A stretch of DNA of 64,000 nt from the human T2T-CHM13v2.0 reference genome, Homo sapiens. Of the stretch, positions 1-13,674 are shown piece by piece. Both the position numbers and the translations under genes were made by a program. The notes under the pieces are model-generated. The model saw only the letters and a program-made list of their open reading frames with translations, made no database searches and was not told where the DNA came from. The DNA is taken from the NCBI RefSeq assembly GCF_009914755.1, contig NC_060931.1, one strand, 5' to 3'. The stretch's first letter is position 1; each line of letters opens with the position of its first letter.

Positions 1-255
1 TTGATGGTTATTTCTAGTTTTTGGATATAGTAAAATAAACATTCTGCTTTGAACATTTTGGTACATGTCTCTTGTTGGATACAGGCATGCATTTCTCTTG
101 GGTATATACAGGGAGTAGGCAAACGTTTAGTAGATACTACCAGTTTTCCAAGTGGTTGAACCATTTTACACTCCCACCAGAAATGTATGAGAGTTACAGT
201 TTCTCCGCATCTTGGCCAACAGTTGATATTCCCAACCATTCGAATTAGTGTGTAG
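1..255 (-). mobile_element. Old L1M 3' fragment
   Basis: Motifs cttgggtatatac and ttttacactcccaccag..gtatgagagtt..gtttctcc are typical of antisense L1M ORF2 end/3' region. Confidence 0.7.
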
Positions 256-548
256 TGGTACTTTCTATACTTTTGACTGAATAATTTGTATTCTAAAAGG
301 ATAATATAATCTGGATTTATTAAAGCACTAACTGGACTTTCTTGGTAATGACAGAATAAATAGTGTCTGTCATTTGTGACTAACATTTTAAATTGTCTTA
401 AACTATTGTGTGACTCAGTAGTTCAAGACAACTGTAAAATATTAGGCTTTTTTTCTGACTTTTGTCCCTTCTATGTCGGACTTAGCAAACTCCCAACTCT
501 TTAAGCATCTGTTTGTCCTCCTCTTGAGGTGTATAGACTACATATACA

Positions 549-550
<2 letters not shown>

Positions 551-602
<52 letters not shown>
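551..602. repeat. (AC)26 microsatellite
   Basis: Perfect dinucleotide run. Confidence 0.99.
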
Positions 603-607
<5 letters not shown>

Positions 608-1116
608 TCTTAGACAATTTAGGCATTGAAAAAGAACTGAACTTAGTATTCTGAAATGTTTGTTTGAACATTAATAATGTAAACATTTTAGAAGCTGTTG
701 GATAGTAGTTTTTACTAGATTTCTTCTATGGACATAATTCTGAAACATCATTATACACTAAACATAGAACCATATTTGTCAGTTTATAGCCCTGTAGCTT
801 AGTTAAGGGGCAAACCACATTCCCTCTAAAGAGGTCACGCAGTCACATTTCCATTTGTTGTGAGTCTTCCCATTCACCCACGCACAGAATTTAAAAATGG
901 GGAACCACAGCAACTATTTTGGCGGAGGGAGGCTGAAGGACAATAATCAGTGTACACATGCTGCCATTTTTTCCTTGTAGTTTAGAAACTCTGAATTAGT
1001 GTAGGAATTATTTTTTTTAAGTCAACAAACATTTGCAGAGTGCTACTTGGTGGCCAACACTCAGTGCCAGTGAATTCTAGGGTATGGTTCTTGCCCTTAC
1101 AAGGCTCATAGGCTTT

Positions 1117-2541
1117 ACAGGTAAACGTGCGTCACAGGGGTTCATTGTACTGATTATTTCATCACTCAGGTGTTAAGCTTAATATCCATTATTTTTCCTG
1201 ATCCTTTCCTTCTTCGCACCCTCCACCCTCCAATAGGCCCCAGTGTATGTTGTTCCCTTCTATGTGTCCACATGTTCTCATCGTTTAGCTACTACTTGTA
1301 AGTGAGAACATGCAGTATTTGGTTTTCTGTTCCTGTGTTAGTTTGCTAAGGGTAATGGCCTCCAGCTCCAGCCATGTCCCAGCAAAGGACATGATCTCAT
1401 TTATTTTATAGCTGCATAGTATTCCATGGTGTATATGTACCACATTTTCTTTATCCAGTCTATCACTGATGGTCATTTGGGTTGATTCCAAATACCCATA
1501 AAGAAATACATGAATGATAAAGAAAATGATTCTTTGCTATTGTGAATAGTGCTGCAATGAACATGCACGTGCATGTGTCTTTATAATAGAATGATTTATA
1601 TTCCTTTGGGTATATACCCAGCAATGGGATTGCTGGATTGAATGGTACTTCTGTCTTTAGGTCTTTGAGGAATTGCCACACTGTCTTCTACAAAGGCTGA
1701 ACTAATTTACACTCCCACCAACAATGTATAAGCATTCCTTTTTCTCCACAACCTCACCAGCATCTGTTATTTTTGACTTTTTAATAATAGCAATCTGATG
1801 GTGTGAGATAATATCTCTTGTGGTTTTGATTTGCATTTCTCTAATGATCAGTGATGTTGAGCTTTTTTTCGTGATTGTTGGCTGCATGTACGTCTTCTTT
1901 TGAAAAGTGTCTGTTCATGTCATTTGCCCACTTTTTTATCGTTTTTTTTCCTTGTAAATTTGTATGTTTCTTATAGATGCTCCATATTAGACCTTTGTTG
2001 GATGCACAGTTTGCAAAAATTTTCTCCCATTCTGTAGGCTGTTTACTCAAAAGAAACATGATAGTTTCTTTTGCTGTGCAGAAGCTCTTTAGTTTAGTTA
2101 ACTTCCGTTTGTCCATTTTTGCTTCTGTTGCAATTGCTTTTGGAGTCTTTGTCATGAAATCTTTGCCTGTGCCTATGTCCTGAAAGGTATTGCCTAGGTT
2201 GTCTTTGTGGGTTTTTATAGTTTTGGGTTTTACATTTAAGTCTTTAATTCACCTTGAGATAATTTTTGTATATAAGGAAGGGGTCCAGTTTCAATCTTCT
2301 GCATATGGCTAGCCAGTTATCCCAGCACTGTTTATTGAATAGGGAATCCTTTCCTTATTGTTTGTTTTTGTTAGGTTTGTTAAAAATCAGACAGTTGTAG
2401 GTGTGCGGTTTTATTTCTGGGCTCTCTATTCTGTTCCATTGGTCTATGTGTCTGTTTTTGTACCAGTGCCATGATGTTTTGGTTACCGTAGCCCTGTAGT
2501 ATAGTTTGAAGTTGGGTAGCATGATGCCTCCAGCTTTGTTC
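1117..2541 (-). mobile_element. 5'-truncated primate L1 (L1PA13-16-like), ORF2 C-terminus plus 3'UTR, disrupted
   Basis: ORF fragments resemble L1 ORF2p ([29 protein letters not shown]; PAIPLLGIYPKEYKSFYYKDTCT; IMSFAGTWLELEAI). The terminal 3' bases and poly(A) are absent. Confidence 0.93.
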
Positions 2542-3903
2542 AAAAAGAAATATTTAATTCAGCATTTACAAAGCTGAATGACTTTCTCCCCCTCACATAA
2601 CATCTATTAACATTCTACAGAATTAGTGATCCTTGGAAAACGAGTTGAAAAGCACTACTCTATGACAACGTATGGGGTTGAGCACAAATAATCTAAAATA
2701 AAATTTGAAATATATGTATGCATGTAATTTAGTAAGAAAAATAAGAGCTAGTATATCTTGCTTTAAGCAAGCAAAATATATGAAAACCTGGTTTTGCATT
2801 AAAAATGAAAGTAAAAGTTAAGAATCCTTCAGGGCTTTGGTATAACCATTATGGGAGTCAATTACCACTATATATTATTACAGATGTAGATGGTGAGGAC
2901 ATCTTGCTATATATCTGTATTAACTATACTATTTTTATTAGTTCAGATATGCTCACATTCAGGTAGTGGCTTTTCTGAATAAATATCTTATTTACTTTCA
3001 ATTACTTTTTCACGATAAAAGTAGAGTGCAGAACAAATTCTAATTACTTATACTTTCTGGCTGTCTGTACAGCAAATGAGAAGACATTTATTGTAGTATA
3101 ATGTTGAAGTTCATCAATAATTACTGGGCAATCAACCTACCAAGACAGAAGCTGAGACTATAAAGACAAATAACATATCATGTCTGTCCTGGAAGAGTTC
3201 ATAGTCAAGCTAGGCAAATGTAAAAAGAAATAACTGTAATACTGTGTGGCTGGAAGTATAATAAGGCATTGAGAAAGTGCTACAGAAACACAGATGACTT
3301 CATTAAACAGAATGGGTGATTTATTGCTCCTACAATGAAGTACACACACAATGTCTATGTACAATAAAAATATGACTGCAATCAAGAAACTAATATTTAT
3401 TGAGCACCTATTACATATTGTAAATGTGCATGCCAGAATTTCTTAATTATCAAATCACTGTTAGTTTCATAGAATTTCATATTGTTCTCAAAAGGAATAT
3501 AAAATATTTCTTAGATTTTTGGGCAATTTTATTATTCAGAATCAGAGGGAGCCAAACAAAAGTTTAATTTTACATTTTAGAAAAAAGTCTAAGGCAATAC
3601 CATCATATGCAAGCAATCCCTCAGATTGGTAATCAGAACTATATAGATTACACGTGCTTTCATTTCACAGTTAGAGCCAGCAGAGGGAGTAAACCTCTTC
3701 AAAGAAAAGACTGAAGTATATATGGAGAAATGTAAGACTTCAGATGTAAAGAATGCCTTTGATAAAAAAGAAAATTTGAGTACTGAGACACAGATGTCAA
3801 ATACAGGGAAGTACTTTAACTGTACTTTTAAAACTCATTAAATGTAAGCGTAAAAGCAAGAGCAACCACTGAGTAAACTGAAGGATGCCATCTTATTGCT
3901 TTA

Positions 3904-4260
<357 letters not shown>

Positions 4261-4472
4261 TTCTGTAAAATGTGTTCTGTAGCAAAATCTGACTGATTGG
4301 CATTAACAGGAAGGAATTTCAATAGTCCATGTGCTAATTAGCAAGAGCTACTATCTGATGAGTGCCTGTTTTACTCCAAAGATAAGTCCATATACACCAA
4401 TCACAGTACCTTGCTGCCTGAATTTCTAAGGCTATGAAACTGCTACCTATGAAGAGTATGAAAATTATCTTG

Positions 4473-4785
4473 GGCTGGGCACAGCGGCTCATGCCTGTAA
4501 TCCAGCACTTTGGGAGGCCGAGGTGGGCAGACTGCTTGAGCCCAGGAGTTCGAGACCAGCCTGGGCAACATGGCAAAACCCTGCCTCTACTAAAAATACA
4601 AAAAATTAGCTGGGTGTGGTGGTGCGTGCCCGTGGTCCCGGCTACTCTGGAGGCTGAGGTGGGAAAATCACCTGAGCCTGTGAAGTCGAGGCTGTAGTGA
4701 GCCGTGATCATCATGCCACTGCACTCCAGCCTGAATTATGGAGTAAGACTGTGTCTCAAAAATAAAAAACAAAAAACAAAAACAA
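4473..4785 (+). mobile_element. AluJ
   Basis: Dimeric Alu with J-type TTGAGCCCAGG and GAGGCTGTAGTGAGC. Confidence 0.9.
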
Positions 4786-6069
4786 CTACCTTAGGAACAC
4801 AAATTCCTTGTGAATATTACAATAAATTCATTTTTTAACAGAACTACACAGGACTAAGCCTTTCTTTGATTTTCCTCGTGTAGAAGAAAAAATTGAGAGA
4901 GAAAAATTTTCTGAATGAAAACCAAGTATTTTTACTCACTTTCATCTCTGGTACATCCACAATATTTTTTCATCTTTGCTCTTCACGGGGTACTTCTTGT
5001 ACCCTTCTCAGTTGGTATTTTTACCATATTTGGTTCACCTACCAAACAAACTATAAACATAATCTGCATAGTGGAAAATTATTAATAGGAATGTCTGTTT
5101 TGCACAGGCCCAAACTCTCTTTTTTGCAGGTTACTATTTTCCCTGTCTTTTGTTTACCTGTGAACCTATAACATGTATAAATAGGAGGTATTTGTTTTTC
5201 TTACCTGGGTTAAGAGAAAGAGATACAAGTAGAGAAAGAAATGGGGGTGCCTAGGCTTGAGAATAACTGGATATGGGCTGAGTTCACAGAGAAACCCTGA
5301 TCAGCACTCCCTCCCAGCCCTATGTGATCCTGTCTCATATGCCACAAGTTCTTTCAAAAGCTCTATTACCTAGTAGCAAAGTGGGCTGGCGTGATCTAGA
5401 AGGTGACTCTCAGGACCAACTGGTAGGTTTATTTTTCCATTTTATTATCTGTTTTCTAATTTATTCATTTATGCTTTAAACTTTTCCTGCATCCTAGTTT
5501 ATACAGGTATATTCTAATTAATTCATCATTATATACTTTAACATGTTTTAATTTTTCATAATGAGTAATATGTAAATACAATCGATGCTTGTTGAAAAGA
5601 ATTCTTTTTCTTTTGTGCTACTTGGATTGAAGGCTTTTACATTTACAGTCAATCTTTCTTTTCCAGTCATAAAAGCAGTTAGTGCTATGAATTAGCCTCT
5701 GTGAATAGCTTTGGTCATATTGTCAGCTTTGATGTAGAGTTCACTGTTGTCATGTGAAGTCACTGTTACACATTAAATAGGCAAGAGAAAAGGGGGATTT
5801 TACAGATTGTGAGAAGTTTATAGTGAAATTGGAGTATGGCAAGTTGATAAGCTGAATGGTTGAAATGTCAGTTACCAGGTACCCTTGGGAATAAGTAAAG
5901 ACCAAGACCCCATGTTGCCTCATGCTCAGTGTACAAAACGTCTGTTCATAATCATTTATGTGGTCATCTACTTGCTGAAGATGATCTAAATATCGGCCAT
6001 TTATTAGTCTCATCTTTAGTCATCTGTGAACACCACACAGTATAGGGGGTATGTGACTAGATGGACTAA

Positions 6070-6310
6070 GGGAAAGAGTCCTTGATTGAGATTTTGAAAT
6101 CTGAGTTTTTGTTCCAGATATACTCTGGATATTAGTTTTAAATAAATATTTATATCCAGATATACCTCTGGATATTAGTTATAAATAACCTTTGTATATT
6201 TATTACTTTGCAAAAAAGTAATTTTATATTGTTAGGCCCTAGTTTCTCAACTACAAAATCAAGAAGTCACATTTGATTATTTCTAAAGTCTTTCCAACTC
6301 CAGAATCCTA
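6070..6310 (+). mobile_element. MIR-like fragment containing a ~42-bp tandem duplication
   Basis: agtttctcaactacaaaat..tctaaagtctttccaactc resembles the MIR/MIR3 core. Confidence 0.5.
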
Positions 6311-7241
6311 TAATTAGAATAAATAAATTCTACATGCTCAGTGACACCATCTGAACATTGCACTGTGTACCAATACATCCAGGTCAGTGATGCTGTTCAC
6401 AGAAACTTGACATTTACAGAAATCAAACTTTAACCAAGAGGAAAACTGAAAGAACATTAATAATTACTCAATATAATTTGTGATTCCATAAAGCAAAATT
6501 GGAATTCCAGAAGAGCCTGTGAAGAACCTTTAAGAGTTATTTAGCCTGAGTGGCAAAAGGCAAAGCCACATATCACTTATCAATGTAGCTACAGGCTAGA
6601 GAACAATCATGTCTGCATGTCATGTAACATGGGAGAGGCTGTTGTCTGTCTCGTGTTCTTTTCAGAATCAAGCATCATTGTTCAAACAGAAATGTGTAGT
6701 GATTGCGCTTCATTAGGTAAGCATCCAAATTTATTACAAAATATGCTCAGAGTGGCCATTTCAGAAGACATGTCTGTCTCTGAAATAGAAAATTATATAT
6801 ATATAAAAAGACCACAGCAAAAAGGAATGACATGGGATATAATTTTTCTGTTCCTACCTATTGAAATATATCTCTGGTTCGTGTCTTTAGAAATTACCAA
6901 AGAGAAAAAGATGATCTCAAATGACTGAAATTACTTATAGACAGAAGGATATTAACCTCCTACGACATATTAAAAAGTTTGGGAGGGAGAAATTTAAGCT
7001 ACACATGATATCTCTGGAAATTCCATTCTGTTTCATGCAAATGATCAGTGAAAGTTATAATGATACAAAGTTATGTCAATAATAGACTTTTAAAGAACCA
7101 GGTATAAATGGCAGTGTAAATATACAAATCATCTTGGTTTCTTTTAAATATTACCAAACAAATATGATCCTAGGACTAAGGCAGAAATTAGGGGGAAAAA
7201 GTCTCATAGCTTCTTTGTTGGTGATTAAGGGACCCTGAGGT

Positions 7242-7280
7242 AAAAAAAAAAAAAAGAAAGAAAGAAAGAAAGAAAAAAAC
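7242..7280. repeat. A-rich / (GAAA)n simple repeat
   Basis: Seen directly in the sequence. Confidence 0.9.
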
Positions 7281-8537
7281 CAACAAAAATCAAGAAGCAA
7301 TGCTCAAGGTAATAAGTGCTTTCATGTTTCCAGTTCTCATATCTGAGGGCACTGGATCAAGCTAAAGGACAAAGAGATAAGGACAATATTGCAAGTTACA
7401 AACAAATGGCAGATAAAAGAGCTCTTCTGGGTTCTGATTAAGTGACAGCATTCTACACATTCTTTTGACTTGAGAAAGTCAGACTAAGAGCAGCGGCTAA
7501 GTTCCATGTGAAGCCCCGCTAAATAAGCGTATCTGCATGCTTTCACATTCTGGCAGGACAGGATTCCTCCCCTTTCATTGAACAGAGACATGTTCTCTGG
7601 GCTCACAGCAATAATGCGCCTCTGCTTCAACTTCCATAAAAAAGCATAAATGTATATGCTGAAAGCACAGAGAAGTTTTGTGCTTTGGGACGAGGTGGCT
7701 GGGAGCCAATGTTTACAATCCCCTGGGTGGGGAAGGCAGGCTGAAAGGCTCAGGACGGCAGGCTTTAAAAGTCTTTGCTGTTGCCGCCAGTGACCTTCGC
7801 CTCTGTTTTCAAAGCAGCTCTCACGTTAACCCCTTGGATTCTGTGTGCACTGGAGCTGCACAAAGGAAATACCTTTCTTTGAAGGACACCTCTCTCACGC
7901 ACATCGGTTTCTGATTTCAGTTGGAGCAGCTCAGAAACACTGGATTAAGAAAGAAGCATGTATTCAATCTGCTGTCAGACCCACGGACATGTCAGCGGTA
8001 TTGGATCTGGGTTTCGGAGTGTGCTCTGTTGTACAAAGTGAAAGTTTCCAGCTTTAGGCAATGGACTCAAGGTTATAAACCAGGGGATTGTGAAACATGA
8101 GCATATTTGGTCTCCAGGGGAGAAGGAAGCATCCAATTTATGCAGAAATGCTCTTTTCCCAGCTAGCCAATGAGAGGCGAGGCTACAAGAGTGGGCTTCC
8201 TATTGGGATCTCCTGACTAGAAGAATGGTGCTTAAAATTAAAGACAGGCTAAATTGCTAACAGGCCAACTTAAAAAGCAGCTGAAGAGAAAACACCAATT
8301 GTAAAAATGAAAAGGGAGTTTTCCCGTTATGAAATCAAAGCTGACCACATTTAGCTTATTATTATATGTTGTTGTTTCACGGGGAAAGAATTAATAATCT
8401 TTTATTCTTAATGCTAAGAAGATCCTACAAAATCTTACCATATATGTGTATTTTTTTAATAGTCTTTACTAAGTTACTCAAATGATGATATTCAAGAGTG
8501 GTATTATTTAAGGCCTCAAAATGTTTTCAGGACACAA

Positions 8538-8633
8538 GATTTACTTTGAAAAAACTGGTTTGATATGTCAGGGACCAGATCAAATGATTTACTTTGAAAA
8601 AACTGGTTCGATATGTCAGGGACTAGAACAAAC
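8538..8633. repeat. 48-bp tandem duplication (2 copies, 4 mismatches)
   Basis: GATTTACTTTGAAAAAACTGGTT(T/C)GATATGTCAGGGAC(C/T)AGA(T/A)CAAA(T/C). Confidence 0.97.
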
Positions 8634-9339
8634 GCTTTGGTCTATGAGAAATTTTGTGGATTTAAAGATGTTTGTCATCTAAACATTGATCATCATGGAC
8701 AGTGTCACCCCTTTATTGAATGGACAGCATATGGAATCCTGGGGTCATGAATTGTGCAATTCTAATATTCAGAGTCTATGAACTCCTAACACATTTCCTG
8801 TCTTCAAGAGGATTAAGATTTCTGGAGAAGAAAATGAAAAGCAACATACACCAGAAAATTTAACCGATTCGCAAAAAAGTCATTAAGTCTTACTAAAATC
8901 ATCCAATCAAATATGAGACAGGAATGAGAGAGAGAATTTTCTCTTCACATTTGGAGATGAAGCCTGGCCTCTACGTTACCAGGCAGCCATCTATAATGTC
9001 ACAAAGTACATGTATACTATAGCTGGAAGTCATCTTAGGAATATTTGAGAGAACTGTTTTTCAGGACTAATAATTGGCTCTTAATAAGTGCTTCGGAAGA
9101 CAGTTAATAACATTTCAGCTTCTCGAAGAATGCTTAATAGTAATCATAACTATCGGCCTGGCTTTCATTACAGACCAAACAACCTGTTCCTTGTTATCTA
9201 TTGTGGAAGTCAATGGTGATTAAGTAAATATATTTTACTCTAATGCAGAAACTGACTAGAAGGAATGTTTTGAGAAGCTCAAAGAAACCCCAGAGCTGCA
9301 CAACAGAGAAGACATAGCCAAAGAAAAACAGTCGAAGTT

Positions 9340-9570
9340 TATCAAGAGTCTTCCGTACGCCTGGCACTTCACTAAGGACTTCACACATTTTATGTTACTT
9401 AAACATAAAAACTTGTGAGATAGGCACATAATTTTTTACCCATATTTTAGGTAAGATACTGATATTCAAACATGTTAATAACTACAGTAGTCCCACAACT
9501 AGCCACTTGTCAGAGATACAATCCAAACCCAGGTCTAACTCCAGAGTCTGCAAGTAACCACTGAGTATGA
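9340..9570 (-). mobile_element. MIR
   Basis: cccatattttaggtaagatactga..cccaggtctaactccagagtc resembles antisense MIR. Confidence 0.6.
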
Positions 9571-10299
9571 CAACCATGCAGGCAGACAGCCCTCTACCAC
9601 TGCAGAGAAGCCCCCGGGAAACATATTTCACAGCTCTAACCAATTGGTGTACATTGCAATTACTATTTTATTGGGGACTCCGAGGCATGTCAATCTTTTA
9701 AGAAGGAGGCTGTGTTCAGTTGGAGATTTTTCATCGTATTACTGAATTAAAAGTCACATATGACTTCTATCAGAGGTGAAGAAGCTGCAATACTTGGTTT
9801 CTGCAATAGATTTACTAACATTTATATATTAATTTCACATTTTAAATGGAATCTAAAAGTAGCAGATGAAATTATGCTATCACAAATTTTCATGTTTTAC
9901 AAGCCAGTTGGAAAATGTTTTATTCACAGGCTACAGGATCCATATTCTCATCATTCCCAGTCTGGGCCCCTCACTCCTACCCAAAGCTTTTAAGATGTTG
10001 TTTCTTATTTGTCTCCATAAATGAATCTTGTCTTAAAAAAAAAACTGCTGTGAAATCAAAGAAAATAATTGTTGCCATCTTTTACAGTAATGACATGTCA
10101 CTTAAAAAGTTTTCAGCTTAGACTCCGTTTTCTGAAGCAGCTTCTATGAACTAATAACCTAACAGCTCTCCATGAACTTTAATTATTGCAATAGAATTAT
10201 TAGGCACCACCAGTTACAACTGAACTCCTCCACACACAGTATAAAGTTAAAACTGTACAAATGAAGCCAAAATATGCACAGCTAAAAGGAATGTTACAG

Positions 10300-10860
10300 G
10301 GGGGCCTCTCTTAGCGAACAAAGCAAGCTCAGTTTGGCTCTTTTTCCCTCGCGCTACCACATCCGCACATCGTTAGCTGGAAAATTCCTGATATATGCTG
10401 TAATTTTTTGTGCTTTTTTTTCCCCCAGTACACTTGAGGCTTTAATGTCCAGATGCCATTTTCCCCCTTATCTGTCCCTGTTTGGGGTTCTGCCAGCTAT
10501 GGTCAACAATTAATACAGCCGAAGAAAAAATACAGTACGCTCCCTGGCAACTGGTACAGCCTTGCAGGAAATACCAAATAAAAACTTGATTATGTATTGT
10601 TTAACCATTTTGTTTGCCTGTAGGCCACCCTGTCGTCGGTGTAATTCAGACGAGCATGCTTCATCTGGACGGTCTGTGCACTGCACCATTGTTCCCAGAG
10701 TCTGTCACGCACAATCACTGGCTTCAGCCTGTGGCCCTCTAAATGAAAGGAGCAGATTTGTGGCAGCTTTCCAACCTGCATTCCTTTTAATTAGTCAACT
10801 TGTGGCCCAATGTTATAATAGATAAGTAACCTCTTAATATTCATGTAATTAATTTATTTT
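10300..10860. promoter_or_regulatory. Candidate conserved non-coding element / enhancer
   Basis: No recognisable repeat, locally elevated CpG. ACCACA at 10356, GGAAAATTCC at 10379, TAATTA motifs. Confidence 0.35.
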
Positions 10861-11604
10861 TTTCTCATTCAGTTATAAGCCTTTGCATGGTGGAAAAAAG
10901 GCTTTTTCCTATATGGGCTCTGGCTTATGAAATAAGCATGCTACTATTATAAAGAACATCAGAGACCATGTCTCAATGATTCTCCAGGAGGACAATTCCA
11001 GAAACCACAGTATGCCCATAACTATATTTTAAGCATATTATTTTTGCATTTAAAATAGTAACTGATATCTTCCTTTTGCATGAATTTGATGTATGTAAGA
11101 TGAATCATCTTGCCAACTTCAACTGGGCTGATAAATTTTAACTAATAACTTAGTTCACTATCAGAGAGACAGAAAGCTTTCACATTTTAGGATCCCTTTT
11201 AAAGCAAGGCTGACATGAAAAGTGGCCAGGAGTTCCCAAAGTACTAGGAAGTCCTCTACTCTAGACCTCGATTAAGTCAATAATTAAACTGCTGATGCTG
11301 TTAGCTATTAGCACATGATGAACCTTTAAAAAGATAAGTTGATTTCTATAAATACTAATAATGCCTCTTGGTAACAGGAATCAGAATGGCTTCTAAAAGC
11401 TCCATATTTAAGTTCTTTCAACTATTTACATTTTTCTACTAAACCAAATTCTCCTCAAAGGCAGTAACATCATTTTTACTTATTTCATGTCCTCATGGAC
11501 AATACACATGGTGGGTGAAATACAGATATATCTGTACTACTCTCACATATTCTTAGTAGCACTTCTCATGAGATTTATGAGACATTTACAATGTCACATC
11601 AACA

Positions 11605-12950
11605 ATTAATTCATTCATTCATACATATACAAATGTGCCTACTAGGTGACAAGCATTGGATCTCAGTTGCAAAGATGACACACAGATGATGAAGTCATCA
11701 TATCTGTTCTCAAAAGCTCACAGCTGAGCAGAGGAGGCAGACATGTAACTTACCAATTGCACAAGCTCTGTGCGAGGTAGACGTAAATAATTTAAAAGCC
11801 TGGATTCAAATCCTGTCTCCTCTTTTATGAGCTACATCACCTTGGCTAAATAGCTTAACCTCTCCATGCCTCTGTTTCCTCACCTGCAAGATGGAGAATC
11901 ATAGTACCTGCTTAATAGGGCAACTGGAGAATTATATGGATAAGGTACATAAAGTACTCTGCAGGTGCCTGGCTCTATAAACTTTAGCTATCAGCAAATG
12001 TTATATACACATCAACTCCACAGGGGTGAGGCGGGGTGCAGGATAGGGGTATCTAGTGTTAGAGGCTTCAGCGAGGAGGGGCAAGGGCATGACTGGTAGA
12101 GAGAGCAACATGAGCAAAAGTTGAGGAGTATGAAACTGCATGGACCAGATAACAGGACCCCAAGTGTTACTTGACAGAGCTAGGACTTTATCCTGAGGAG
12201 AAGGGGAGGTACTAAAGGGTTTTATGCAGGGCGTGTATGTCAGATATGCATTATTCTACATTTGCATTCTGGTAACTGTGTAGGATTGAAATTGGAGATG
12301 ATCCTGAAGGCAGGGATCTCAATGAAAAGGCTGCAATGATCCAGATGCTCTGGGAGGAAGATGTATAAAACCACAGCAGTAGGAGAGGAAAGGCAGGAAG
12401 AATAACTTTAAACGAGTCAAATGAAGGAGAAAGAAAGATTAACTGAATCTAGGATAAGTCCCAGGTTTCTGGCCTGGGTGGCCAGGTAGATGGTGAGGCC
12501 ATCAGCCTGAATAGGGACCCAGAAGGGAATGACTGGAAGGCTTGCTACTTAGGATGATATTCAGAAAGATATTTGGGTCTGGGGCTCAAGGGAGTGGACC
12601 GAGTTGGACATACATGAGTTCCCTGCCTCCAGGATTACCTCCACAGCGGAGGAGACTGTTGAAGGAGATAGCATGTACAGGCTATGTGCCATAGGGCAGG
12701 ACCTTTGAGGAAGGCAGAGGTGGGCAATCAGTGGAGAGGAGTGAGAGACGTGGAAGGAAAAGCAGGATACCACGATGTCACAGAAGTCAAGGTGGATATT
12801 TACAAGAAATAACGAATAGAGAAGCATGCATGTACCCGAAGATGCCAAACAAGGTGAGGTCTTTAGAATATCCACTGCGGTAACATGATGGCAGCAGAAG
12901 GCTGCCTGCACAAAATTGAAGGGTTAATGACATCCAGAGTGAAGTCCTTA
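11605..12950 (-). mobile_element. L2 fragments with an embedded MIR (~11790-11995, +)
   Basis: ttcattcattca L2 3' end; taggactttatcctgag and caggtttctggcctggg L2 motifs; ggattcaaatcctg..tttcctcacctg MIR core. Confidence 0.65.
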
Positions 12951-13361
12951 GTTACAGAAGAAAAGAGGCAGACGACAGAGACAACTGAAGCTGCTCTCTC
13001 TGCCTACCATGCCTTTCCCACTTGCCTCTAACTCTGCCCAGAACCTCTGGCCCCTTTAAGGCTTCTTTGGAAAATAGTGGGTACAGACTGTGCTTGAAGG
13101 CATGGGGGCAGCAAAGACATGATGGAACCAGGATCCGGAGAGGATCAAAGTGGATGGGATCAAGCGCCCAGGTAGTGAGATTAGAAGAGCACTGACTCCA
13201 AGGCTACAGACTCAGAAGTGAAGATGAGCACAGAAAAATATAGATTAATTTGCAAGTATATGTTGTAGAGATGCACTGATGGAATTCACATTCAAAGGTT
13301 TATTCACTTGATTAAAATACAAACAATATTATCATTAACAGGGGCAATCTCTGGTTTGTGA

Positions 13362-13674
<313 letters not shown>

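Noticed and set aside
1285-2543. L1 ORF2-like ORFs as an active gene
   Set aside because: Fragmented by frameshifts and stops, and 5'-truncated.
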